Positions 10,402-19,646 are shown, counted from the first letter of the stretch. The stretch is DNA of 59,675 nt from Ilumatobacteraceae bacterium (GCA_030726975.1 JANRCO010000090.1:1-59675); one strand, 5' to 3'. Notes: generated by a model not told the origin, from the letters alone. Numbers and translations are program-made.

Positions 10402-11730
10402 CTACTTCAAAAGTGTGAGTGCGTGTACAACTTCTTCATCGTCGCGTGCATCGAAGGATCGAAGATCGAGCAATGTTTGGCCATTTTCTGTACGCGCAAT
10501 GACGGGAACGCGATGTTTCCTGAGTTGAGCGACATGATTGCCAGTGAGTGACAGGGCAAAAGAACTGATGAATGCCCCGGGTGTGCTTCCCGCCCCTGGC
10601 ATTGCTTGCGCAGGAACAAGTTGTGCGTTGAGCCCACATTGTTGATGCAGCGCTGTGGCCATTTTTTCACCACGAACCTGAAGCGCTTCTGTTGTTGTGG
10701 TTGCCATTTGCCAGAAAGGAATGTCGGTGGTGACTGTTTTGTTGATGTAGCTCAGCAAAACTTCTTGCAGTGCTGCTACAACGTGACTGCCGGGTCGCAG
10801 TGCACGCATTAAAGGGTGAGCGCGACACGCTGTAACAAGCTCACGTGAACCCGCAATAATTCCGCACTGTGGGCCACCGAGCAACTTGTCGCCACTGAAG
10901 GTCACCAATGCTGCACCAGCCTGCAGGCACTGGGTAGCAGCGGGTTCCTGCGATAGCCATTGTGGAGGCGGCCCAGACAGCCACTGGCAGCGAGCATCGA
11001 TGAGACCTGAACCAATGTCGGCAATGACGGGAACACCAAGTTGCGAGAGTTCTTCAAGGGGCGCTTGTTCGGTAAAACCTTGAATATGAAAATTTGATGG
11101 GTGGATGCGCATGATGCACGCAACGTCATTGCCCCGCTTCTGAATTGCTTTGCGGTAGTCGCTCGTTCGGGTGCGATTGGTGGTTCCGACATCAACGAGT
11201 CGAGCACCCGATTGCTCAAGTACATCGGGAATACGAAAACCGCCACCAATTTCCACGCTTTCACCACGCGCAATAGTGACATCGCGACCAGCAGCTATTG
11301 CGGCGAGCACTAAGAGGACTGCCGCTGCATTGTTGTTGACCACCACGGCATCTTCTGCTCCAGTGAGTTCTGAGAGGAGAACCGATAGTGAACTCTGGCG
11401 TGAGCCACGAGCACCAGTGGCGACATCGAACTCCAGTGAAGAAGCACGCACGGTCTGCGGGTTGTCTGACAAATGGGGGGCACGACCCAAATTGGTATGC
11501 AGAAGAACTCCGGTTGCATTGATGACGGGCTGCACCATGGTGAGTTGCAGGTTTTGCGCAAGCGCAATTGCGCTAGCAGCAAAGTCGGGGCCACCAGACC
11601 CAATAGCCATTCGCGCACAGCGCACACGAAGGGGTGCGGGCAGTTCCGCATGCTCGGCAATGGTGCGTGCAAGGGCGTCGACCGAGGGTGGTCGCGGCGG
11701 TAATGAGGAGTCGGAGTCGGCTGGGCTCAC
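10402..11730 (-). CDS. selA: L-seryl-tRNA(Sec) selenium transferase
   Basis: 442 aa, with the PLP-lysine motif FSGDKLLGGPQ and NLGRAP. GTG start. Confidence 0.9.
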   Translation of the reverse strand: MSPADSDSSLPPRPPSVDALARTIAEHAELPAPLRVRCARMAIGSGGPDFAASAIALAQNLQLTMVQPVINATGVLLHTNLGRAPHLSDNPQTVRASSLEFDVATGARGSRQSSLSVLLSELTGAEDAVVVNNNAAAVLLVLAAIAAGRDVTIARGESVEIGGGFRIPDVLEQSGARLVDVGTTNRTRTSDYRKAIQKRGNDVACIMRIHPSNFHIQGFTEQAPLEELSQLGVPVIADIGSGLIDARCQWLSGPPPQWLSQEPAATQCLQAGAALVTFSGDKLLGGPQCGIIAGSRELVTACRAHPLMRALRPGSHVVAALQEVLLSYINKTVTTDIPFWQMATTTTEALQVRGEKMATALHQQCGLNAQLVPAQAMPGAGSTPGAFISSFALSLTGNHVAQLRKHRVPVIARTENGQTLLDLRSFDARDDEEVVHALTLLK

Positions 11731-11764
11731 GGCGTCAACCTATCGCTCGCTAGCCTGCAAGGTA

Positions 11765-12217
11765 GTGGTCGTACTCTTTTTACTCTTCGTGGCACTTCCC
11801 ATTGCCGAAATATATGCCCTCATCAAGATGGGGAGTTGGCTGGGGCTCTTTCCCACCCTGGCGGTTTTAGTGCTCGTTTCCGCGGTGGGAGCTGCATTGG
11901 TGAAGCGCGAAGGCTTGCGCGTCTTTCGTCGTTTTCAAGAACAAATCGCCGCAGGCAATATGCCCACCAATGAAATGGTCGATGGCGTGTGTTTACTTAT
12001 TGCTGGCGTCCTACTTGTTGTGCCGGGGTTTGTCACCGACGCTCTCGGACTACTTTTGCTCTTGCCACCATTTCGATTATTGCTCCGCCGTCGTTTGAAA
12101 AAGAGCAGCGGCAAGAAGGTCAATATTGTTGCAACGTATAACGGGCGTATTGTTGAAACCAACGGCGTCATTAATGTGAATGAACATATCAACCCGCCTA
12201 AAGAAATTGAGCCATAA
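11765..12217 (+). CDS. fxsA: FxsA-family cytoplasmic membrane protein
   Basis: LPIAEIYALIKMGSWLG...ALVKREG...VPGFVTDALGLLLLLPPFR. Only the 3' third of the 348-aa ORF-track entry looks genuine. The GTG at 11765 is the likely start. Confidence 0.8.
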   Translation: MVVLFLLFVALPIAEIYALIKMGSWLGLFPTLAVLVLVSAVGAALVKREGLRVFRRFQEQIAAGNMPTNEMVDGVCLLIAGVLLVVPGFVTDALGLLLLLPPFRLLLRRRLKKSSGKKVNIVATYNGRIVETNGVINVNEHINPPKEIEP

Positions 12218-12219
12218 AA

Positions 12220-13035
12220 ATGCACGAAGACGTTCCCATTCGTATGGCCGCAACAGTGATGTTGGTACGTGACGACGAAATTACCAAAGATATTGAAGTC
12301 TTCATGATGCAGCGCACATTGAAAGCAGTATTCGCTGGGGGACTTTATGTTTTCCCCGGCGGAAAGTTAGACGACATCGATGGTGGTAGCCATATTGAAC
12401 ACTTGTGTGACGGGCTCACCGACGAAGAGGCAAGTGGTTTGTTGCAAGTACCTTTCGGTGGGCTTGCTTTTTGGGTAGCCGCTATTCGTGAATGTTTTGA
12501 AGAAGCTGGCGTGTTGCTGGCTCGCGATACAAGAACAGGTGACTACATTCGCTTCGATGATCCAGACGTGGCTGATCGTTTTGAGGCGTATCGTCACGAA
12601 GTACACGACGGCAAGTTGGGTATGCACGAATTATGCGACAAGGAATCTCTGCGTTTGGCAACCGATGCTATTGAGTATGTGAGTCATTGGATCACTCCCG
12701 TTGGTGAACCGCGCCGATTCGATACAAGGTTTTTCTTGGCACGTGCACCGCAGGCGCAAGACCCACTTCACGATGATGGCGAAACCATTGCGAGTTTGTG
12801 GGTGTCGCCAAATGAGGCCTTGGCAATGTTTGAGCGCAGCGAGTTGGCAATGTTGCCACCAACCGTGCGTAACTTGGAGTTTCTCCAGCCACACCACACA
12901 GCAGACGAAGCGTTAGTAGCTGCAACAAAAGTAGGAATCCCACCTGCAATTTTGCCCCGCATTCGTGTAGATGCTGAAGGAAAGGTTCTCGCAGTGGTAC
13001 TGCCCGATGAACCTGGTTACAACGAATTGGCCTGA
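12220..13035 (+). CDS. NUDIX hydrolase
   Basis: A NUDIX box-like stretch FPGGKLD...AAIRECFEEAGVLLA. Confidence 0.8.
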   Translation: MHEDVPIRMAATVMLVRDDEITKDIEVFMMQRTLKAVFAGGLYVFPGGKLDDIDGGSHIEHLCDGLTDEEASGLLQVPFGGLAFWVAAIRECFEEAGVLLARDTRTGDYIRFDDPDVADRFEAYRHEVHDGKLGMHELCDKESLRLATDAIEYVSHWITPVGEPRRFDTRFFLARAPQAQDPLHDDGETIASLWVSPNEALAMFERSELAMLPPTVRNLEFLQPHHTADEALVAATKVGIPPAILPRIRVDAEGKVLAVVLPDEPGYNELA

Positions 13036-13038
13036 TGT

Positions 13039-14265
13039 TTAGGTGCGCGAGCGCACGGCTACAGAAACCGCAACTTCCTCTACTCGCGCACTGCAACCCG
13101 ACATTTCTGACTGGGCGATTGTTTGTGCAATGAGTTTGCGGGCAATGTTGTGAAATTCAACTGCTGCTTTTCCGGTGTTGTGCAATGCAACGGGTTCTCC
13201 GGTGTCGCCACCTAATGCAACTGTTGCCTCAATAGGAACTTGACCCAATAACTCGGCACCAATTTCATTGGCGAGAGCAGTGCCTCCACCTTTGCCGAAC
13301 AGCGCATAAGTATTGCCATGGTCGCATTCAAATGAGGTCATATTTTCAATGACACCTGCAACGCGTAAGAAGCTGCGTTGTGCCATGTCGGCGGCACGAA
13401 TAGCAACTTTTTGAGCAGAGACTGAAGGAGTGGTGACGATTACTAAATCGGTACGTGGCAACATGCGGGCAAGACCCATTTGCACGTCGCCAGTTCCTGG
13501 TGGCATGTCGATGAGCAAGTAGTCAAGATGACCCCAATGCACGTCGTTCAAAAATTGTTCAACAGCTTTTGTGAGCATCAGCCCACGCCACATGAGAGCA
13601 GTGCCTTCGTCTTCAACAAGCATTCCTGTTGACACCACTTTGAGTACACCTTTGCCCAGCACACGTTCGTTGGGGATGATCATCGGTTTTTCAAAGCCAT
13701 CAACTTTTTCTGCTTGAAGGCGGTCGGGCATGCCGAGCATGCGCGGAATGGAGAAACCCCAAATGTCGGCGTCGAGAACTCCAACAGTGTTTCCTTGCGC
13801 TGCTAACGCTGCAGCAAGGTTGACCGTTACCGAACTTTTTCCTACGCCACCTTTGCCACTTGCAATGGCAAGCACGCGTGCGTTGATGGGTACTTGAGTT
13901 GCGGGTGCCTGTTCTTTTGCGTTCCATCGCGCACGTGTCATCACCGCAGTGCGCTCTTCGGGCGTCATTTCACCCCAGTCGATAGACACCTTGGTGATGA
14001 GCGGATGAGTTTTCACGCGCGACTCGATGTCTTTTTTGATCTGAGCACGCAACGGGCAACCCTTAATAGTGAGCTTGATACCAATGCGAATGAGGCCCTC
14101 GGGCGAAACCGTGATGTCGCCCACCATGCCTAGGTCAACAATGTTGTCGCCGAGCTCGGGGTCAATGACCGCACGCAGAAGGTGGCGAATGGCGTCGGGG
14201 CTCGGCATTGGGCCAGAAGTGCCTGGGGTGGTCCCCTCAGAAAGGTTGGTGTCTGCGCTCGCCAT
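13039..14265 (-). CDS. mrp: Mrp/ApbC-type Fe-S cluster carrier ATPase with an N-terminal DUF59 domain
   Basis: DUF59-like VIDPELGDNIVDLGMV and the deviant Walker A ASGKGGVGKSSVTVNLA. Confidence 0.9.
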   Translation of the reverse strand: MASADTNLSEGTTPGTSGPMPSPDAIRHLLRAVIDPELGDNIVDLGMVGDITVSPEGLIRIGIKLTIKGCPLRAQIKKDIESRVKTHPLITKVSIDWGEMTPEERTAVMTRARWNAKEQAPATQVPINARVLAIASGKGGVGKSSVTVNLAAALAAQGNTVGVLDADIWGFSIPRMLGMPDRLQAEKVDGFEKPMIIPNERVLGKGVLKVVSTGMLVEDEGTALMWRGLMLTKAVEQFLNDVHWGHLDYLLIDMPPGTGDVQMGLARMLPRTDLVIVTTPSVSAQKVAIRAADMAQRSFLRVAGVIENMTSFECDHGNTYALFGKGGGTALANEIGAELLGQVPIEATVALGGDTGEPVALHNTGKAAVEFHNIARKLIAQTIAQSEMSGCSARVEEVAVSVAVRSRT

Positions 14266-14293
14266 GGACCCAATGTACCGCTATCATTTGCGT

Positions 14294-14614
14294 ATGATCA
14301 CTCTTACAGACACAGCAGCAGTCAAGGTCAAGCAATTGCTTGAGGCTGAAGGGGCAACCGAACTCGCTTTGCGCGTTGCCGTTCGCCCCGGTGGTTGCTC
14401 AGGTTTCTCGTACGAGATGTATTTCGATGGTGATGTGGCCTCTGATGACCAAACACTCACCTTTGGTGATGTACGCGTCGTCGTTGACCCAGCTTCAGCA
14501 CAGCTTCTTGAAGGCGCAAGCCTCGACTACAAAGATGGCTTGCAAGATGCAGGCTTCGCAATCAACAACCCAAATGCCAGCCGCACCTGCGGTTGTGGAA
14601 ACAGCTTTAGCTAA
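14294..14614 (+). CDS. erpA: HesB/IscA/ErpA-family iron-sulfur cluster insertion protein
   Basis: GGCSGFSY and the C-terminal CGCGNSFS. The ATG at 14294 fits the family length. The longer ORF-track entry is an upstream extension. Confidence 0.9.
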   Translation: MITLTDTAAVKVKQLLEAEGATELALRVAVRPGGCSGFSYEMYFDGDVASDDQTLTFGDVRVVVDPASAQLLEGASLDYKDGLQDAGFAINNPNASRTCGCGNSFS

Positions 14615-15494
14615 TTCCGTTCAGCCGCAGTGCGTCAAGCACTTCGCTGCTATCAAAAATTGCATCTAGTCGTTCCACAAGTTTCCCTGTGGCATCGGTA
14701 ATGAAGAGTGCTGGTTCAAATGTCATTTTGTGACCTGTAACGGCTGGCGCAGAAACTGTTGCCGTTTTGTCGGTATACACCTCGGCATGAATGAAAATTG
14801 CCTGATCGCCGAAACTTTTATGAGCACTCAATAAAGCGTCGAGTGCCGGTGTGCAGGTTCCTGTTTGACAATAAGCAGGTGTGCCCAAGAGATACACCAC
14901 GGGTTTGCCCATCGTGAGGGCGTCACGCAAGTTGACATCGTGCAGTGGGCACGGCTCTGGCTTGCGTGTACAAATAGGAGTAATGCCACGCGCATTTTGT
15001 GTTGTTGGAGTATCGATGGGTGGCAAAGGCGACCCCACTGTGGGAATAGCAACTTCGCTTGCATCTTTTACTTGAAACGCTGCACCGGCAGCATCGAATC
15101 CAAGAAGCGAGATGATGTAGGTACCGGGCTCTTTGAGATCTACAACAAGGGGCCAATACGGTTGTGGAACATCGGTGATATGGGCCTGTACAACAAAGTC
15201 GTCTTCAAAAAGCGCGTTGCCATCGAGATCCGACACCACAAAGCGCAAAGACTCTGGGATCTTGACGCCACTTTGTGTGGTGACAATTCCTTCTGCATTA
15301 CCCAATGACATGGGCAAGCGGATGCGCCCCGGGGTGAGCACCTCTTTAGGGAATCGCTGCACCAAGCTCACGATGTTCAAGTCGAGTGTGTTGCCACCAC
15401 TTCCACCGCAGGCCGCAAGGAGTGATGGAGCAAGAGCAACGGACAGCCCAGCGCCTGCACCACGAATGAGAAACTGCCGACGGGAATACTGCAT
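14607..15494 (-). CDS. Tat-signal lipoprotein with a C-terminal thioredoxin-fold-like domain
   Basis: Twin-arginine SRRQFLIRGAG followed by the lipobox LLAAC. The C-terminal region has the Cys pairs CTRKPEPC and CQTGTC. Function unknown. Confidence 0.55.
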   Translation of the reverse strand: MQYSRRQFLIRGAGAGLSVALAPSLLAACGGSGGNTLDLNIVSLVQRFPKEVLTPGRIRLPMSLGNAEGIVTTQSGVKIPESLRFVVSDLDGNALFEDDFVVQAHITDVPQPYWPLVVDLKEPGTYIISLLGFDAAGAAFQVKDASEVAIPTVGSPLPPIDTPTTQNARGITPICTRKPEPCPLHDVNLRDALTMGKPVVYLLGTPAYCQTGTCTPALDALLSAHKSFGDQAIFIHAEVYTDKTATVSAPAVTGHKMTFEPALFITDATGKLVERLDAIFDSSEVLDALRLNGIS

Positions 15495-15541
15495 GCCGCC
15501 AAACTATATATGAAGAAGCGTGAAGAAGTTAGGGTGTGTGT

Positions 15542-15979
15542 ATGGCAGCACAAAAGAAAGCACCAGCAAAAAAGGCCCCAGCGAAAAAAGCTCCGGCAAA
15601 AAAAGCAGCTGTGAAGAAAACAGCTAAAGCTCCGGCACCCATTGGTCCGTACACCCCAGTTGTGCGTGCTGGCGACTGGATCATTGTGTCGGGTCAGCTC
15701 GGCCTCAAAGACGGTGTCATGCAAAAAGGTGTGTCGGCTCAAACCACGCAAGCCGTGAAGAATTTGAAAGAGCGCCTCGCTGAAATGGGCGCAAACATCA
15801 ATGATGTGAAAAAAACCCTCTGTTTCCTCACCGATATGGAAACCTTCAGCATCTTTAACGAGGCCTATGTTGCAGGCTTTGGCAACAGCCGCCCAGCGCG
15901 CAGCACCATTGGTGTTGCATCGCTTCCCGCAAATGGCCAAGTGGAGATAGAAGCTTGGGCCTACAAGCCACTACGCTAA
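15542..15979 (+). CDS. RidA/YjgF/L-PSP-family protein with a Lys/Ala/Pro-repeat N-terminal tail
   Basis: RidA core PIGPYTPVVRAGDWIIVSGQLG...ARSTIGVASLP...VEIEAWA, preceded by about 30 aa of (P)AKKA repeats. Confidence 0.8.
   Translation: MAAQKKAPAKKAPAKKAPAKKAAVKKTAKAPAPIGPYTPVVRAGDWIIVSGQLGLKDGVMQKGVSAQTTQAVKNLKERLAEMGANINDVKKTLCFLTDMETFSIFNEAYVAGFGNSRPARSTIGVASLPANGQVEIEAWAYKPLR
15551..15634 (+). repeat. Imperfect tandem repeat encoding KKAPAKKAPAKKAPAKKAAVKKTAKAP
   Basis: Repeated gcnccngcnaaaaaa units can be read directly in the sequence. Confidence 0.8.
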
Positions 15980-15983
15980 GCAC

Positions 15984-16139
15984 ATGCCTGGCGCCATCAT
16001 TCTCGTTATCGCACTTGTGATCTTCCCTATCATCGTTGGGCTGTCTACTGCTGGTATTGCAGCGATCCTTGGTCATCTTTTGTATAAAGACGGTGAAGTA
16101 CGCAACGCCGATAGCGAACTTCTCGACCTCAACGTTTAA
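15984..16139 (+). CDS. Possible 51-aa small membrane protein
   Basis: An ATG-started ORF below the track's 60-aa cutoff: MPGAIILVIALVIFPIIVGLSTAGIAAILGHLLYKDGEVRNADSELLDLNV. It has one long hydrophobic stretch and fills an otherwise empty 165-nt gap. Confidence 0.35.
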   Translation: MPGAIILVIALVIFPIIVGLSTAGIAAILGHLLYKDGEVRNADSELLDLNV

Positions 16140-16144
16140 TCACT

Positions 16145-17512
16145 ATGCGCGCCGATCTGCTGGTGCGCAATGCGCTGTTAGTTGCAACGGTCGATGCCGC
16201 TCGGCGTGAATTACCAGGTGGTTGGGTAGCTATTACCAATGGCCTCATTTCAGGAGTGGGCTCTTCTCTCGATGTTGCACCTGTTGCGGCAGAGGTGATT
16301 GATGCAAGCAATTGTTTAGTAACGCCTGGGCTCATCAATACGCATCATCACTTGTATCAAAACCTGACGCGTGCATACCCACCAATGACCAATGCACCAC
16401 TTTTTGGGTGGCTGCAAACGTTGTACCCGTTGTGGCGCGCCATCGACGAAGAGGCAGTTCATGTGAGCGCATGGGTGGGTCTTGCAGAACTCGCGCTTTC
16501 TGGTTGTACCACTTCAACAGACCATTTGTATTTGCACCCCCATGGCGCAGGTGATTTGTTAACTGCAGAAATTGATGCAGCAAAAGATTTAGGAATGCGT
16601 TTTCACCCCACGCGCGGATCAATGTCTTTGAGTGTGAAAGACGGTGGGCTTCCCCCCGACGACGTAGTGCAAGACGACGACGATATCTTGCGCCTTTCTG
16701 CTGAAGCTGTAGCTAAACATCACAACCGTGCGCACGGTGCCATGGTGCGTATTGCTCTTGCGCCATGTTCACCTTTTAGTGTGACCGAGCAACTCATGGT
16801 GCGTTCGGCCGAACTTGCCGAACAACTTGATGTGCGTTTGCATACACACTTTGCTGAGAACAGTGAAGACGATGCATTTTCCATTGCAACTTTTGGTTGT
16901 CGCCCCATGGAGTATTTAGAACGAACAGGTTGGTGCACCAATAGAACTTGGGTGGCGCACTGTGTGATGCCTAATGAAGATGAAGTGAAACGTTTGGGTG
17001 CAGCAGGAGTAGGCGCAGCACATTGCCCGAGTAGCAATCTCATTTTGGCCTCGGGCATCTCGCCTGTAGTTGACCTGCGTGCTGCAGGTGTGCATGTAGG
17101 TCTTGGTGTCGATGGCTCTTCGTCGGCCGACAGCGCGTCGTTGTGGTTAGAAGCACGTCAAGCAATGCTGTTGGCAAAACTCAAGAGCGGTGCGCATGGC
17201 GGAACAGCGCGGATGGCATTAGAAGTAGCCACCATCGGTGGCGCAGGTTGCCTGGGACGCATTGGTGAAATTGGTGAAATTAGTGTTGGGGCAGTGGGCG
17301 ACCTTGCCATATGGCAACTCACCGGCCCTGCTTTTGCTGGCGCCCTTGCCGACCCGATTGAAGCATGGTTGCGTTGTGGGCCGCTCAGCGCACGCGACAC
17401 CATTGTGAACGGCACAGCAGTGGTGCGTAACAAGGAACTGGTGAGTACAAAAGTCGACAACATGTTGCGTACACATACAACAATTTCGCGACGCATTCAG
17501 AAACTCGCCTAG
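16145..17512 (+). CDS. Amidohydrolase-superfamily deaminase (8-oxoguanine deaminase / SsnA-like)
   Basis: Metal-binding LINTHHHLYQ, plus the HTHFAEN and HC...SN motifs typical of the guanine/cytosine deaminase branch. Confidence 0.75.
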   Translation: MRADLLVRNALLVATVDAARRELPGGWVAITNGLISGVGSSLDVAPVAAEVIDASNCLVTPGLINTHHHLYQNLTRAYPPMTNAPLFGWLQTLYPLWRAIDEEAVHVSAWVGLAELALSGCTTSTDHLYLHPHGAGDLLTAEIDAAKDLGMRFHPTRGSMSLSVKDGGLPPDDVVQDDDDILRLSAEAVAKHHNRAHGAMVRIALAPCSPFSVTEQLMVRSAELAEQLDVRLHTHFAENSEDDAFSIATFGCRPMEYLERTGWCTNRTWVAHCVMPNEDEVKRLGAAGVGAAHCPSSNLILASGISPVVDLRAAGVHVGLGVDGSSSADSASLWLEARQAMLLAKLKSGAHGGTARMALEVATIGGAGCLGRIGEIGEISVGAVGDLAIWQLTGPAFAGALADPIEAWLRCGPLSARDTIVNGTAVVRNKELVSTKVDNMLRTHTTISRRIQKLA

Positions 17513-17571
17513 TGTTTCACGCCTTTTCCGCAGCTTCGGCGTTATTTTTGTAGCGGAGCTTGGCTATGAAA

Positions 17572-18252
17572 TTAGCCATTCCAGCGTGACTGCCCAAAGC
17601 GGTAGCCCACACTGCGCACTGTTTGGATGAGGTTGGCGTGTTCTTCGCCAAGCTTGGCGCGGAGTCGACGAATATGTACGTCGACCGTGCGTGCGCCGCC
17701 GTAATACTCATAACCCCATACTCGTGACAACAAAATTTCACGCGTGAACACTTTGCCGGGGTTCTGGGCGAGAAACTTCAACAACTCGTATTCCATGTAC
17801 GTGAGGTCGAGGGGCTGGCCTTCAAAAGTTGCCTGATATGTCTCGAGGTTCAAACTGAGGCCGGCATAGTCGATCATCTCGGCGCGCACAACAGCGCTCT
17901 CGGAATGTGTGAGATGGCGTAAGCGTGCTTCTAGTTCGCGGGGATGAAAGGGAGTGATGCAGAAGTCGTCGAAGTTTTCATCGCGCAATTCCAGTTGCCC
18001 AAGTTCAGCACCAGAAATGAGAACCAAAATGGGGCAAGCAAGCGCATCGCGTTTGCGCAAGGCACGGCAAAAGGCCCACGCCGATTCCGCATTGTCTTCA
18101 CAGTTCACCACAGCGCCAGCCCAGCCAGTGGTGGGCTCGTGTTCTAACGCTTGTTCAGGCGACGACACAGCCTTCCAGCGGTACCCCGACATGTCGAGGG
18201 TACGGGCAAGGTCGGGGTTTGCCGGTTCGGGATAGACGACGATGAATTCCAT
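17572..18252 (-). CDS. glnR: GlnR-type orphan OmpR-family response regulator
   Basis: Atypical receiver (no acidic pair at the N-terminus) plus a winged-helix output domain (EYELLKFLAQNPGKVFTREILLSRVWGYEYYGGARTVDVHIRRLRAKL). There is no adjacent kinase, and it is immediately next to glnA and glnII. Confidence 0.7.
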   Translation of the reverse strand: MEFIVVYPEPANPDLARTLDMSGYRWKAVSSPEQALEHEPTTGWAGAVVNCEDNAESAWAFCRALRKRDALACPILVLISGAELGQLELRDENFDDFCITPFHPRELEARLRHLTHSESAVVRAEMIDYAGLSLNLETYQATFEGQPLDLTYMEYELLKFLAQNPGKVFTREILLSRVWGYEYYGGARTVDVHIRRLRAKLGEEHANLIQTVRSVGYRFGQSRWNG

Positions 18253-18266
18253 TGTGAGAAAAAAAC

Positions 18267-19604
18267 CTACAACGACCGGAGGTAGCGATTGAGTTCAAAT
18301 GGGGTGACTTGTGTTTTATAACCACGCCATTCTGAACGCTTATTGCGCAGGAACCATTCAAAAATATGTTCGCCAAGTGCGCTTGCAACAAGTTCTGAAC
18401 GCTCCATGATGTCGAGTGCGTCGGCAAGTGATTGTGGCAATTGTTCAATGCTCAACTTGTTGAGATCTGCATCGTTCATTTCAAAGAGGTTTGCATCGGC
18501 TTCTGTAGGAAGTGTGTACCCCTGCTCAACGCCCCGTAGACCTGCGGCAAGGATGACAGAAAATGCGAGGTACGGGTTCGTGGCAGGGTCGGGCGAACGA
18601 TATTCAATGCGCGTTGCCATGGCGTTACCTTTTTTCGGCACAGGCACACGGATGAGACCGCTGCGGTTATTGCGAGCCCACGAAATATGTACGGGTGCTT
18701 CAAAACCAGGAACGAGTCGCTTGTAGCTGTTGACCGTTTGGTTGGTGACTGCTGTAATTTCAGCGGCGTGACGCAAGAGCCCTGCCATAAATGACTTTGC
18801 AGTAGGCGACAAGTTGTACGCATCTTTTTCGTCGTAGAACGCGTTTTCTTCACCTTTAAAGAGAGATAAATGCAAGTGCATTCCTGAACCCTGTACGCCT
18901 TCAAGTGGCTTTGGCATGAATGTGGCGTGCACGTTGTGCATTGCTGCAACCTCACGCACTGCAAGACGGAAGGTCATGATGCTGTCGGCCATGGTGAGTG
19001 CATCGGTATGACGTAGGTCGATCTCGTGTTGGCTTGGTGCGTCTTCGTGGAAACTGTATTCAACGGGGATGCCCATTGTTTCCAGTGTGCGAATGGTTTC
19101 CTTGCGCAGCGAAGTTGCGATGTCGGAAGTGGTGAGGTCGAAGAAACCACCTTCATCGAGTGGTTGAGGAAGTTCACCTTTTTGCGGAGGAGCAAAATAG
19201 AAATACTCAATGTCGGGTGCAATGTAAAAGGCGTAGCCAAGTTTGACGGCGATATCGAGGTTGCGCTTCAACACCTGACGTGGGTCGGCATCGAATGGTG
19301 TGCCGTCGAGATTATGAATGTTGCAAAACACGCGTGCTTCAGTGCCCTTGGGGTCGGCCCATGGCAACACTTCAAAGGTGTTGGGGTCGGGAACAGCAAG
19401 CACATCGGCTTCTTGCACGCGGCTAAAGCCTTCAATAGATGAGCCGTCGAAGGTCATTCCATCTTCAAGTGCATTTTCTAATTCGGCAGGGCTGATGGCA
19501 AATGACTTCAAGTTGCCCAATATGTCGGTGAACCACAGACGAACGAGGCGCACACCACGTTCTTCTACTGTGCGTAATACATATTCTCGCTGTTGTTCGA
19601 GCAT
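18267..19604 (-). CDS. glnA: Glutamine synthetase type I (alpha-like, no adenylylation Tyr)
   Basis: RLWFTDILGNLKSF, FDGSSIEGF and GSGMHLHLSL. The adenylylation position reads NLFE rather than NLYD. The start at 19604 (MLEQQREYVLRT) has GAGGAG 9 nt upstream. The ORF-track start at 19661 is an extension. Confidence 0.9.
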   Translation of the reverse strand: MLEQQREYVLRTVEERGVRLVRLWFTDILGNLKSFAISPAELENALEDGMTFDGSSIEGFSRVQEADVLAVPDPNTFEVLPWADPKGTEARVFCNIHNLDGTPFDADPRQVLKRNLDIAVKLGYAFYIAPDIEYFYFAPPQKGELPQPLDEGGFFDLTTSDIATSLRKETIRTLETMGIPVEYSFHEDAPSQHEIDLRHTDALTMADSIMTFRLAVREVAAMHNVHATFMPKPLEGVQGSGMHLHLSLFKGEENAFYDEKDAYNLSPTAKSFMAGLLRHAAEITAVTNQTVNSYKRLVPGFEAPVHISWARNNRSGLIRVPVPKKGNAMATRIEYRSPDPATNPYLAFSVILAAGLRGVEQGYTLPTEADANLFEMNDADLNKLSIEQLPQSLADALDIMERSELVASALGEHIFEWFLRNKRSEWRGYKTQVTPFELNRYLRSL

Positions 19605-19646
19605 CTCTGACATCTCCTCAGTGTGCCTGTTTTTGGCGTAAATGCG

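Noticed and set aside
11171-11764. The first roughly 590 nt of the 348-aa + strand ORF, lying antisense to selA.
   Set aside because: The translation is Arg/Ala/Ser/Thr-rich low complexity with no motif, and it completely overlaps a well-supported selA. Only the 3' part, from about 11765 (FxsA), looks genuine.
14607-14614. The 8-nt palindrome TTAGCTAA, which contains the stop codons of both convergent genes (erpA and the Tat lipoprotein).
   Set aside because: It is a neat consequence of genome compaction, but TAA read on both strands gives this pattern trivially. There is no evidence of function.
17261-17281. A 9-nt tandem duplication, attggtgaa-attggtgaa-att (IGEIGEI), inside the deaminase gene.
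   Set aside because: It is a small in-frame slippage duplication within a loop-like region, too short to be a meaningful repeat element.
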